Part shown: piece after piece, positions 42,100-50,426 of the stretch
Numbering within the stretch: position 1 is the stretch's first letter
Layout: every line of letters starts with the position of its first letter
From: an uncultured delta proteobacterium
GTDB taxonomy: Bacteria > Myxococcota > Myxococcia > Myxococcales > Myxococcaceae
Direction: 5' to 3'
Length of the DNA stretch: 64,000 nt
NCBI GenBank assembly: GCA_963771175.1
Contig: CAVYSY010000031.1
Coordinates: 64,001-128,000, forward strand
Translations under genes and position numbers: made by a program
The notes under the pieces: model-generated
The model's database searches: none
Told to the model about the DNA's origin: nothing
The model's input: only the letters and a program-made list of their open reading frames with translations

Positions 42100-42834
42100 A
42101 TGAGAAGGGTGAGCACGCGGCTGGGCGAGTTGGACTGCCAGGTGGTGGAGGCGCTTCCCGAGGGAGCGAGCCCGGAGCTGGCGGTGGTGCTGTGCCACGG
42201 CTTCGGAGCGCCCGCGACGGACCTGGTGCCGCTGGCGCACGAGCTGGTGGAGCTGAAGCCGGAGCTGGGAGCGAAGGTGCGGTTCGTGTTCCCGGCGGCG
42301 CCGCTGTCGCTCTCGGCGATGGGGATGCCGTTCGCCCGGGCGTGGTTCCACCTGCCCCAGGAGGTGCTGACGGGGCAGGAGCGGGACTGGGACAAGTTCG
42401 CGGTCTCGACGCCCGAGGGGTTCGTGCAGGCGCGGCGCGCGCTGATGAGCCTGCTGTCGGCGCTGTCGACGGCGACGAAGCTGCCCTACGGACGAATCGT
42501 CCTGGGCGGGTTCAGCCAGGGCGGCATGGTGACGACGGACGTGGCGCTGCGGCTGGAGGAGGCACCCGCGGGGTTGTGCATCCTGTCGGGGACGCTCCTC
42601 TGCCAGGACGAGTGGAAGCAGCGGGCGGAGAAGCGCAAGGGCCTGCCGGTGCTGCAGGCTCACGGGCGCTACGACAACGTCCTCGCGTTCCACCAGGCGG
42701 AGCGGCTCCAGAAGCTGCTGACGGACGCGGGGCTGTCGCTGGAGTTCCTCCCGTTCGACGGACCGCACACCATCGCCCCGGAAGTGATGGAGCGGATGGC
42801 GGAGTTCCTGCACACCCGTCTCACGAGTCGTTGA
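42100..42834 (+). CDS. phospholipase/carboxylesterase
   Basis: CHGFG, GGFSQGG, HGRYD, GPH. Confidence 0.88.
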   Translation: MRRVSTRLGELDCQVVEALPEGASPELAVVLCHGFGAPATDLVPLAHELVELKPELGAKVRFVFPAAPLSLSAMGMPFARAWFHLPQEVLTGQERDWDKFAVSTPEGFVQARRALMSLLSALSTATKLPYGRIVLGGFSQGGMVTTDVALRLEEAPAGLCILSGTLLCQDEWKQRAEKRKGLPVLQAHGRYDNVLAFHQAERLQKLLTDAGLSLEFLPFDGPHTIAPEVMERMAEFLHTRLTSR

Positions 42835-42862
42835 TTGCACCCGAAGCCCCGGGAGGCGAGCC

Positions 42863-43276
42863 ATGTATCACGCGAGGGAACTGACGGTGGCCACCCGGGG
42901 CCGGGGCTTCTACGACATCACGGACGAGGTGCGGCGAGCCGTCTCGGAGAGCGGTGCGCGGGAGGGCCTGTGCACCATCTTCCTGCACCACACGAGCGCC
43001 TCGCTGCTGCTCTGTGAGAACGCGGACCCGGACGTGCGCAGGGACTTGGAGTCATTCTTCTCCCGGCTGGTGAAGGACGGGGACCCGCTCTTCCGCCACG
43101 ATGCCGAGGGGCCGGACGACATGCCGGCGCACGTGCGGACGGTGCTGACGCAGAACTCGCTGAACGTCCCGGTGAAGGGCGGCGATGCCCACCTCGGGAC
43201 GTGGCAGGGCATCTACGTCTGGGAGCACCGGACGTCCCCGCATCACCGTCGGGTCACGGTCTCCGTGGTGAGCTGA
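42863..43276 (+). CDS. yjbQ: YjbQ/UPF0047 family protein
   Basis: HTSASL, ENADPDV, DMPAH, LGTWQGIY. Confidence 0.92.
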   Translation: MYHARELTVATRGRGFYDITDEVRRAVSESGAREGLCTIFLHHTSASLLLCENADPDVRRDLESFFSRLVKDGDPLFRHDAEGPDDMPAHVRTVLTQNSLNVPVKGGDAHLGTWQGIYVWEHRTSPHHRRVTVSVVS

Positions 43277-43290
43277 ACCCCCCGAGCCCC

Positions 43291-44628
43291 CTACTCCGCC
43301 GAGTCGTGGGCCTCGAGCAGCTTGTAGAGCGTCTTGCGGTCCACATCGAGCAGGCGCGCGGCCTCGCTCTTGTTGCCGCCGACGTGCTGGAGCACGTGGG
43401 CCGCGTAGCGCCGGGACAGCTCGGCGAGGCTCGGCATGTCCCCGGCCAGTCCACTCAACCGCTTCGGCGCGTCGCCGATGGGCTCGGGGAAGTCCTGAGG
43501 CCCCAGCACGCCCGTCACGTTGAGCGCGAGCGCCCGGGCCACCACGTTCTCCAACTGCCGCACGTTGCCCGGCCAGTCGTAGGCGGTGAGCCGCGTCATG
43601 GCCTCGGGCGGCACCACGGGCGCCACGCCGCCGCGGGCGTGCAGCGCGGCGAAGTGCTCGACCAGGGCCGGAATGTCCTCCCGCCGCTCGCGCAGGGGCG
43701 GCAGGTGCAGGTGCACCACGTCCAGCCGGTAGAGCAGGTCCTCGCGGAACAGCCCCTCGGCCACGCGCTCCTTCAGGTCCTTGTTCGTCGCCGCCACCAC
43801 GCGCACGTCCACCTTCACGGGCGAGCTCTCGCCCACGCGGCGGATCTCCCCCTCCTGCAGCGCGCGCAGCAGCTGCGACTGCATCTTCGGCCCCACGTCG
43901 CCAATCTCGTCGAGGAACAGCGTGCCGCCGTGGGCCTCCTCGAAGAGGCCGCGCCGCGCGCCCGTGGCCCCGGTGAACGAGCCCCGCGCGTGGCCGAACA
44001 GCTCGCTCTCCATGAGGGACTCGGCGATGGCGCCACAGTCCACGGGGATGAACGACGCACTGGCGCGCGGCGAGCGCTGGTGCAGCGCCCGCGCCACCAT
44101 CTCCTTGCCCGTGCCCGTCTCGCCGGTGATGAGCACCGGCACCGAGGTGGCCGCCGCACGCGCCACCTGCTTGTACACCTCGAGCAGCGCCGGGCTGCGC
44201 CCCACCATGGAGCCGCGCTCCACCTGCTTGCGCAGCGAGCGGTTCTCCTCCACCAGCCGCTTCTGCTCCAGCGCCCGCCGGGCCACGCGCACGATGGCGT
44301 CCACGTCGAAGGGCTTGGAGAGGTAGTCGAAGGCGCCCTGCTGGATGCTGTCCAGCGCGCCCTCGATGTTGCCGAAGGCCGTCACCACGATGACGGGCGT
44401 GTCCGGCAGTTGCGCGCGGACCTCGTTCAGCACGGTGAGCCCGTCGCCCGGGTTGGGCATGGCCATGTCGGTGAGCACGAGGTCGAACGGCCCGTCCTCG
44501 GCGAGGCGCGCGGCGGCCTCCTTCGGGTCCGCGGCCTGGTTCACCTGCCCCAGCATGCCGAGCAGGCGCTTCAGCAAATCCCTCGCGTGAGGGTCATCAT
44601 CGACGACGAGGATGCGGGCAGCGTTCAT
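43291..44628 (-). CDS. sigma54-dependent response regulator
   Basis: [45 protein letters not shown]. Confidence 0.93.
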   Translation of the reverse strand: MNAARILVVDDDPHARDLLKRLLGMLGQVNQAADPKEAAARLAEDGPFDLVLTDMAMPNPGDGLTVLNEVRAQLPDTPVIVVTAFGNIEGALDSIQQGAFDYLSKPFDVDAIVRVARRALEQKRLVEENRSLRKQVERGSMVGRSPALLEVYKQVARAAATSVPVLITGETGTGKEMVARALHQRSPRASASFIPVDCGAIAESLMESELFGHARGSFTGATGARRGLFEEAHGGTLFLDEIGDVGPKMQSQLLRALQEGEIRRVGESSPVKVDVRVVAATNKDLKERVAEGLFREDLLYRLDVVHLHLPPLRERREDIPALVEHFAALHARGGVAPVVPPEAMTRLTAYDWPGNVRQLENVVARALALNVTGVLGPQDFPEPIGDAPKRLSGLAGDMPSLAELSRRYAAHVLQHVGGNKSEAARLLDVDRKTLYKLLEAHDSAE

Positions 44629-46022
44629 GTACCGACTCCGCGGACAACAGGGGGCGCGGCCTCGGCCGCGAGGGGAAAGCGGACCGTCACCCGGGTGCCC
44701 GAATCCAGCGCCGAGCACACCAGCAGCGAGCCTCCGTACGCATCCACCAACCGCTTCGTGGTGGCCAGGCCGAGCCCATGCCCGGGGCGCCCGCGGGCCT
44801 CCGGCGCGCGGAAGAACGGCTGGTAGAGCTTCACCTGCGTCTCCGCGCTCATGCCGATGCCATTGTCGGCCACCTCCAGGACGGCCTCGCCGCCCTCGCG
44901 CACCACCTTCACGGAGACGCGCGCGTCCGGCCGGCCCGCGGTGTACTTCACCGCGTTGGACAGCAGGTTCTGCGCGATGAGCTGCAGGAGCTGCGAGGGG
45001 CAGGACACCTTCACGCCGGACGCCAGCTCGCGCTCCAGCGCCACGCCCTGCGCGGCGGCCGTCTGGCTCACCTCCAGCAGCAGCGTGCTCACGGCGGTGT
45101 CCAGCTCGCCCACCGCCGGCTCACCCCGGGTGCCCGCCCGGCAGAAGCGCAGCAGCGCCTCGATGAGCTCGCCCATGCGCACCGCGCTGGACTCGGAGAG
45201 CGACACGAGCTCCAGCGCCTGCGGGTCCTTCACCGCCCCCGAGCGGCGCAGCAGCGTGAGGTACCCCTTGAGCGGCGACAGCGGCCCCATCAGGTCATGC
45301 GCCACGCGCCGGGTGAAGGCATCCAGCTCCTGGTTGCGCCGGTCCAGCTCCTCCAGCTGCTCCTGGATGGTGCGCTCCTGCCGCTGGAGCACCGAGGTGA
45401 TGCGCCAGCCCACCGCCAGCGACACCAGCACGGCCAGCAGCGTCACCACGCCCCCGTAGGCGAGGTTGCGCACGCGCAGCGAGGCCAGGTGCTCCAGCAG
45501 CAGCCGCGCCTCGTCCGCGTTCTCCTGGGCGAGCTGCCCCGCCAGCCCATCAATCTCCTCGGCCAGCGGGCGCACCTGCTCCACCAGGTGGTGCCTCGCC
45601 TGCTCGGCCTCCTTGCGGTGGGAGAAGACCGCCGCGGCGCGCACCTGCTCGGCCAGCCGGGTGCAGGCCACGTTGAAGCGATGCCACACCACGAGCGTGT
45701 CGTCGCTGGGAAGGTTGCGCGTGTAGTCCCCGGTGGCCTCGCGGATGTCCGCGAGGATGTCCTCCATCACCTCGTTGGCGGCATGGCGCTGCTCGTCGTC
45801 GGTGGCGCGGATGTGGGCCTCGATCGCGGACTCCAGCGAGAGGGCGTCCACCCGGATGCGGCCGATCAGTCCAGCCCGCTCCAAGGCCTCCTGGACGCGC
45901 TCGGCCACCTGGCGGCTGGTGCGCACCTCCGTCCACAGGCTGAAGGCGGCCACCGCCGACAGCAGCATCACCGCGAAGAGGAAGCCGACGCGGTAGCCAC
46001 GAATGGATGCTGGCGAGCTCAC
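44625..46022 (-). CDS. membrane sensor histidine kinase
   Basis: Two TMs, four-helix sensor, VAHDLMGPL, NAVKY, DNGIG, GHGLGL. Confidence 0.92.
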   Translation of the reverse strand: MSSPASIRGYRVGFLFAVMLLSAVAAFSLWTEVRTSRQVAERVQEALERAGLIGRIRVDALSLESAIEAHIRATDDEQRHAANEVMEDILADIREATGDYTRNLPSDDTLVVWHRFNVACTRLAEQVRAAAVFSHRKEAEQARHHLVEQVRPLAEEIDGLAGQLAQENADEARLLLEHLASLRVRNLAYGGVVTLLAVLVSLAVGWRITSVLQRQERTIQEQLEELDRRNQELDAFTRRVAHDLMGPLSPLKGYLTLLRRSGAVKDPQALELVSLSESSAVRMGELIEALLRFCRAGTRGEPAVGELDTAVSTLLLEVSQTAAAQGVALERELASGVKVSCPSQLLQLIAQNLLSNAVKYTAGRPDARVSVKVVREGGEAVLEVADNGIGMSAETQVKLYQPFFRAPEARGRPGHGLGLATTKRLVDAYGGSLLVCSALDSGTRVTVRFPLAAEAAPPVVRGVGT

Positions 46023-46038
46023 GAGCCGCTCCAGGGGC

Positions 46039-46482
46039 TCAGCGCGAGCCTCCCTCGGACGTGCCGGCCGGCTCCGGGGGTGAAGAGGACGGAGGCTGGC
46101 TGCGCCGCCGTGCCCGGGAGAGCGCCGACTGGTACCACACGTCCTCCAGCTCCTCCTGCAGCTCCGCCAGCTCGCGCTGCCGCGTCACGAGCTGCGCGTT
46201 GTGCTCGACCAGGGAGTGCCGCGCCGCCGTCTCGCGCGCCAGCTCCTCCTCCAGGAGACGCGAGAGCTGCTCGGACTCGGCGCGCTCCTGGGCCGCCGCC
46301 TCGAGCGCACTCTCCGCCTGGGCGAGCCGCACCGCGAGCGCCTCCGCGCGCTCCTGCTCCACCTGCGATTGCCGCTGCCACCGCACCACCTCCGCCGACA
46401 CCTGGGGCAGGGAGGGGACCCGCGGGGTTGCGCAACCCACACCCACCCCACCCACCACCGCCGCGATGAAGAGGTACCGCAT
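46039..46482 (-). CDS. coiled-coil lipoprotein
   Basis: MRYLFIAAVVGGVGVGC lipobox-like; E/Q/R-rich heptads. Confidence 0.65.
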   Translation of the reverse strand: MRYLFIAAVVGGVGVGCATPRVPSLPQVSAEVVRWQRQSQVEQERAEALAVRLAQAESALEAAAQERAESEQLSRLLEEELARETAARHSLVEHNAQLVTRQRELAELQEELEDVWYQSALSRARRRSQPPSSSPPEPAGTSEGGSR

Positions 46483-46607
46483 ACCTTCGCTCCCGTCCTC
46501 CGGACGCACGGTATGCGCCTCCGGGCTAGACCGGGCTCTACCGTCACCGGCTGACATGGCCAGCATCCCCAAGACAGGGGGTGTCGTCAAAGACCTCCGG
46601 TACTTTC

Positions 46608-46657
46608 TGGGGAGCGTGCCCCCAGGCCTGGCAGGCTCCATGGGGAGAATCTCCGCA
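46608..46657. promoter_or_regulatory. putative enhancer (bEBP binding) sites
   Basis: Imperfect palindromes TGGGGAGCGTGCCCCCA (46608) and TGGGGAGAATCTCCGCA (46641), 33 bp apart. Confidence 0.5.
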
Positions 46658-46688
46658 ATCCGGCGGGGGTCTCCCTCGGGAAGGGCCG

Positions 46689-46704
46689 TGGCACGGCAGG
46701 TGCT
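46689..46704 (+). promoter_or_regulatory. sigma54 -24/-12 promoter
   Basis: TGGCACGGCAGGTGCT matches the TGGCACG-N4-TTGC consensus with GG-N10-GC spacing. Confidence 0.75.
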
Positions 46705-46765
46705 CAGTGTCTGGGACGCAACGCCGCAATGCCGCGACGTTTCGTTGGTGCTCGGAGAATCCATC

Positions 46766-47038
46766 ATGAAGAACCTGTTCGCCGCCCTCGTCGTGACCGC
46801 CTCCATGACCGCGTTTGCCACCGAGCCCGTGAAGGCCGAGGCCAAGCCCGAGGCCGCTCCGGCCGCCGCCGTGAAGGCCGAGGCCAAGCCGGAGGCCGCC
46901 GTGAAGGCCGAGGCCAAGCCCGAGGTCAAGGCCGAGGCCAAGCCCGAGGTCGCCCCCGTGAAGGCCGAGGCCAAGCCGGAGAAGAAGCCGGCCAAGAAGG
47001 CCCCCAAGGCCGAGAAGACCGCCGCGGAGACCAAGTAG
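46766..47038 (+). CDS. small exported protein with (V)KAEAKPE repeats
   Basis: Signal peptide ending AFA; five VKAEAKPE units; Lys-rich tail. Confidence 0.8.
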   Translation: MKNLFAALVVTASMTAFATEPVKAEAKPEAAPAAAVKAEAKPEAAVKAEAKPEVKAEAKPEVAPVKAEAKPEKKPAKKAPKAEKTAAETK

Positions 47039-47066
47039 TCGCTCCGCTTCATCTTGAAGCTTCAGT

Positions 47067-47106
47067 GAGGGCGCTTCCCGCCAAGGGGGGCGCCCTCGCC
47101 GTTTTT
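47067..47106 (+). terminator. Rho-independent terminator
   Basis: GAGGGCGCTTCCC...GGGGGCGCCCTC hairpin followed by TTTTT. Confidence 0.7.
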
Positions 47107-47269
47107 CGAGCCTCGCCCGCGGTGCCCACCACGACAACGCCATTGCCCTCCCCCCCACGCAACAGCGACCTGGGACCGAGGGGTTGGTTGTCGGGCGGAA
47201 AAGGAGCGCCAGCTTCTCTGCCCATCCTGGAAAGTTCTTGGATGACGCAGGCCGTGGGAGGAGCGTCTC

Positions 47270-50203
47270 ATGTCGTTGCGGAGCCCCTGGCGCAGGCTGT
47301 CCTGGAGCATCACCTGTCTCACCCTGAGCCTGAGCCTGCTGGCCTTGGCGCGGGCCTGGAGCGCGAGCCCCCCCCCGGACAGTGGCCCGCCGCGGGTCGA
47401 CGTCGTGGACGAGGAGACCCAGGCTGGAGCCGGGGCCGTCTTGCCGAGCCTCACCCTCCCAGGCGGCTTCACGCAGGAGGTGGTGATCTCGAGACTGCGG
47501 CTCCCAACGGCCTTCGTGAGCCTGCCGGATGGCCGGCTCTTCATCGCCCTGAAGGGCGGCGAGGTCCGGGTGTTCAAGAACGGCGCCGTCCTGCCCACGC
47601 CCCTCATCGACCTGAGCGCTCGGGTGAACGAGCACCAGGACCGGGGCGTGGTGGGCATTGCCATCGATCCCGACTTCGCGACCAACGGCCATCTCTACCT
47701 CGCCTATACCTATGACGATGATGCGGTGGACGACACGGGACCCAAGACGGGACGCGTGTCCCGGTTCACGGTGGTGGGAGACACCGCCTCGCCGCAGAGC
47801 GAGGTCGTCCTGCTCGGCACGCTGGTGGGCAACTCGTGCCATGACTTTCCCGACGGCTCGGACTGCATCCCCTCGGACAGCACCTCGCACACCGTGGGCC
47901 AGCTCAAGTTCGCGCCGGATGGCACGCTCTTCGTGACGCTGGGAGACGGCGCCCGGTTCGACGCGGTGGATGACGATGCGTTCAGGGCGCAGGACCTCGA
48001 CTCCCTGGGAGGCAAGGTGCTTCGCATCACGCGGAGCGGGCAGGGCCTGCCCACCAATCCCTTCTGGAATGGCAATGCCGCGTCCAACCGCTCGAAGGTG
48101 TGGAGCTACGGGCTGCGCAATCCCTACCGGTTCAACTTCCGCCCCGGCACCAGCATCGCCTACCTCGGAGACGTGGGCTGGCGTAATTACGAGGAGATCA
48201 ACGTCGCGACCGCGGGAGCGAACTTCGGCTGGCCCTGCTACGAGGGCCCCTTCCGCCAGAGCGGCTACGCGCCCAAGCCGATCTGCCAGGCGCTCTACAA
48301 CCGCGGCGAGTCCGCCGTGAAGATGCCGCTGCACTACTGGAGCCACGCTGACGGTTACGCGGCCACGGGCGGAGCCTTCTACACCGGGACGGCGTATCCA
48401 GCGGAGTGGCGGGGCGCCTACTTCTTCGGGGACTACTCCGCGTGGCTCCACACCCTCCGGGTGGACGCGAACGACAACCTGGTGCCCGGCAGCGTGACGA
48501 CCTTCGCGACCGCCGCGGGAAACATGACGGATATCGAGATCGGGCTGGACACCAACTTGTATTACGTCGACACCTTCGCGGGGGAGCTGCGCCGCATCCG
48601 CTACACGGCGGGCAACAGTCCTCCGGTGGCGGTGGCCTCGGCGACTCCGCGCGAGGGGCCCGTGCCGCTGAAGGTGCTGTTCTCCAGCGCGGGCAGCAGC
48701 GATCCGGATGGGGATGCACTTGCCTACACCTGGGACTTCGGGGATGGCACCGCCATCTCCACGCTGGCCAACCCGGAGCATACGTACATGACGGCGGGCC
48801 GCTACACGGCCCGACTGACCGTGAGCGACGGGCGGGGGGGCACGCACTCCGCCTCCGTTCAGCTCTCCGTGGGCAACCGGGCCCCCGTCCCCACCATCGC
48901 CTCGCCCTCGAGCACCCTCCTGTTCAAGGTGGGCGATGTGGTGAGCTACTCGGGCTCCGCGAGTGACCCCGAGGATGGGCCCATCCCCGACAGCCAGCTT
49001 TCATGGACCATCACCCTGCACCACTGCTCGGCGGGGACATGCCATGTCCATCCCTTCACCACGAGCACGGGGGCGAGTGGGTCCCTCACCATCGATGACC
49101 ATGGGGATGAGGTCTACTTCGACATCACCCTCACGGCGACGGACTCTGCGGGCCTGACGGGCACGCAGACGGTGACGATTCATCCGCAGACGGTCCAGTT
49201 CACGCTGCAGACGTCTCCCCCCGGACTGCAGGTCGTCCAGGATGGGACGAGCGGAACAGCTCCGCTGACGCGCACGGTCATCGCCGGCTCCTCGCACAAC
49301 GTCTACGCGCCCTCGCCCCAGGGGCTCCACACCTTCAAGGACTGGTCGGATGGTGGAGCCCAGCAGCACCAGGTCCGGGTCGGGACGACGGACGCCACGT
49401 ATACGGCCACGTTCACCGAGTCCGCCTCATCCTGTCCGCTGGGCCAGTACCGAGCGGAGTACTTCAACAACCGGACCCTGACGGGCACACCGGTACTGGT
49501 GCGCTGCGAGGCGGCTCCGTTCGCCTACAGCTGGGGGAGCAGCCCCGCCCCCGGGGTGAACGCGGACAACTTCTCGGTGCGCTGGTCGGGACGCTTCTCC
49601 TTCACGGCAGGCACCTTCAACTTCATCGCCCGGGCGGATGATGGAGTCCGGGTGTCCGTGGATGGCACGCGCATCATCGATGCCTGGCGGGACCAGCCGG
49701 CCACGACGTATCAAGCCAACCGAACGATGACGGCCGGCGAGCACGTGGTCGTCATGGAGTACTACGAAAACGCCATCGGCGCCGTGGCCTCGCTCCGGTG
49801 GGAAGCCATCTCCTGTCCGGAGGGACAGGTCCCACCAGGCCTGTACCGGGCGGAGTACTTCAACAACCGGACCCTGAGTGGCACGCCCGTGCTGGTGCGC
49901 TGCGAGCTGGCTCCGCTCGACAACAACTGGAGAGCGGGCAATCCCGCCATCGGCGTGAACGCGGACAACTTCTCGGTTCGCTGGTCGGGGCGCTTCAACT
50001 TCGCGGCGGGCACCTACACCTTCGTCGCCCGGGCGGATGATGGAGTCCGGGTGTACGTGGATGGCACGCGCATCATCGATGCCTGGCGGGACCAGGGGCC
50101 CACGACCTACCAGGCCACCTTGCCCCTGCCGGCCGGCGAGCACCTGGTCGTCATGGAGTATTACGAGAACGCGGTCGACGCGATGGCCTCGCTCCGGTGG
50201 TAG
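47270..50203 (+). CDS. secreted PQQ-type sugar dehydrogenase propeller + PKD + two PA14 domains, copy 1
   Basis: YGLRNPYRF, GDVG, NFGWP; WDFGDG PKD; DNFSVRWSG and ADDGVRV twice. Confidence 0.88.
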   Translation: MSLRSPWRRLSWSITCLTLSLSLLALARAWSASPPPDSGPPRVDVVDEETQAGAGAVLPSLTLPGGFTQEVVISRLRLPTAFVSLPDGRLFIALKGGEVRVFKNGAVLPTPLIDLSARVNEHQDRGVVGIAIDPDFATNGHLYLAYTYDDDAVDDTGPKTGRVSRFTVVGDTASPQSEVVLLGTLVGNSCHDFPDGSDCIPSDSTSHTVGQLKFAPDGTLFVTLGDGARFDAVDDDAFRAQDLDSLGGKVLRITRSGQGLPTNPFWNGNAASNRSKVWSYGLRNPYRFNFRPGTSIAYLGDVGWRNYEEINVATAGANFGWPCYEGPFRQSGYAPKPICQALYNRGESAVKMPLHYWSHADGYAATGGAFYTGTAYPAEWRGAYFFGDYSAWLHTLRVDANDNLVPGSVTTFATAAGNMTDIEIGLDTNLYYVDTFAGELRRIRYTAGNSPPVAVASATPREGPVPLKVLFSSAGSSDPDGDALAYTWDFGDGTAISTLANPEHTYMTAGRYTARLTVSDGRGGTHSASVQLSVGNRAPVPTIASPSSTLLFKVGDVVSYSGSASDPEDGPIPDSQLSWTITLHHCSAGTCHVHPFTTSTGASGSLTIDDHGDEVYFDITLTATDSAGLTGTQTVTIHPQTVQFTLQTSPPGLQVVQDGTSGTAPLTRTVIAGSSHNVYAPSPQGLHTFKDWSDGGAQQHQVRVGTTDATYTATFTESASSCPLGQYRAEYFNNRTLTGTPVLVRCEAAPFAYSWGSSPAPGVNADNFSVRWSGRFSFTAGTFNFIARADDGVRVSVDGTRIIDAWRDQPATTYQANRTMTAGEHVVVMEYYENAIGAVASLRWEAISCPEGQVPPGLYRAEYFNNRTLSGTPVLVRCELAPLDNNWRAGNPAIGVNADNFSVRWSGRFNFAAGTYTFVARADDGVRVYVDGTRIIDAWRDQGPTTYQATLPLPAGEHLVVMEYYENAVDAMASLRW

Positions 50204-50225
50204 CCCCGTCGGGGTCCTCTCGGCG

Positions 50226-50315
50226 TGTAGGAGCCGCTCGTCGCCCGGTGCAGGCACCCGATGATGGGGTCGTGACCGCCTCCATGACCGCGTTTGCCTC
50301 TGAGCCGAGGCCGCC
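50226..50315. pseudogene. chimeric junction relic: ABC ATPase fragment fused to KAEAKPE-gene fragment
   Basis: 50226-50266 matches 53913-53953 (1 mismatch); 50269-50306 matches 46790-46827. Confidence 0.9.
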
Positions 50316-50426
50316 ACAACAGCGGCCTGGGACCGTGGGGTTGGTTGTCGGACGGAAAAGGAGCGCCAGCTTCTCTGCCCACCCTGGAAAGTTCGTGGAT
50401 GTGGCAGGCCGTGGGAGGAGCGTCTC

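Noticed and set aside
46830..46980. Tandem DNA repeat GTGAAGGCCGAGGCCAAGCC as a non-coding array
   Set aside because: Explained by the coding VKAEAKPE repeats
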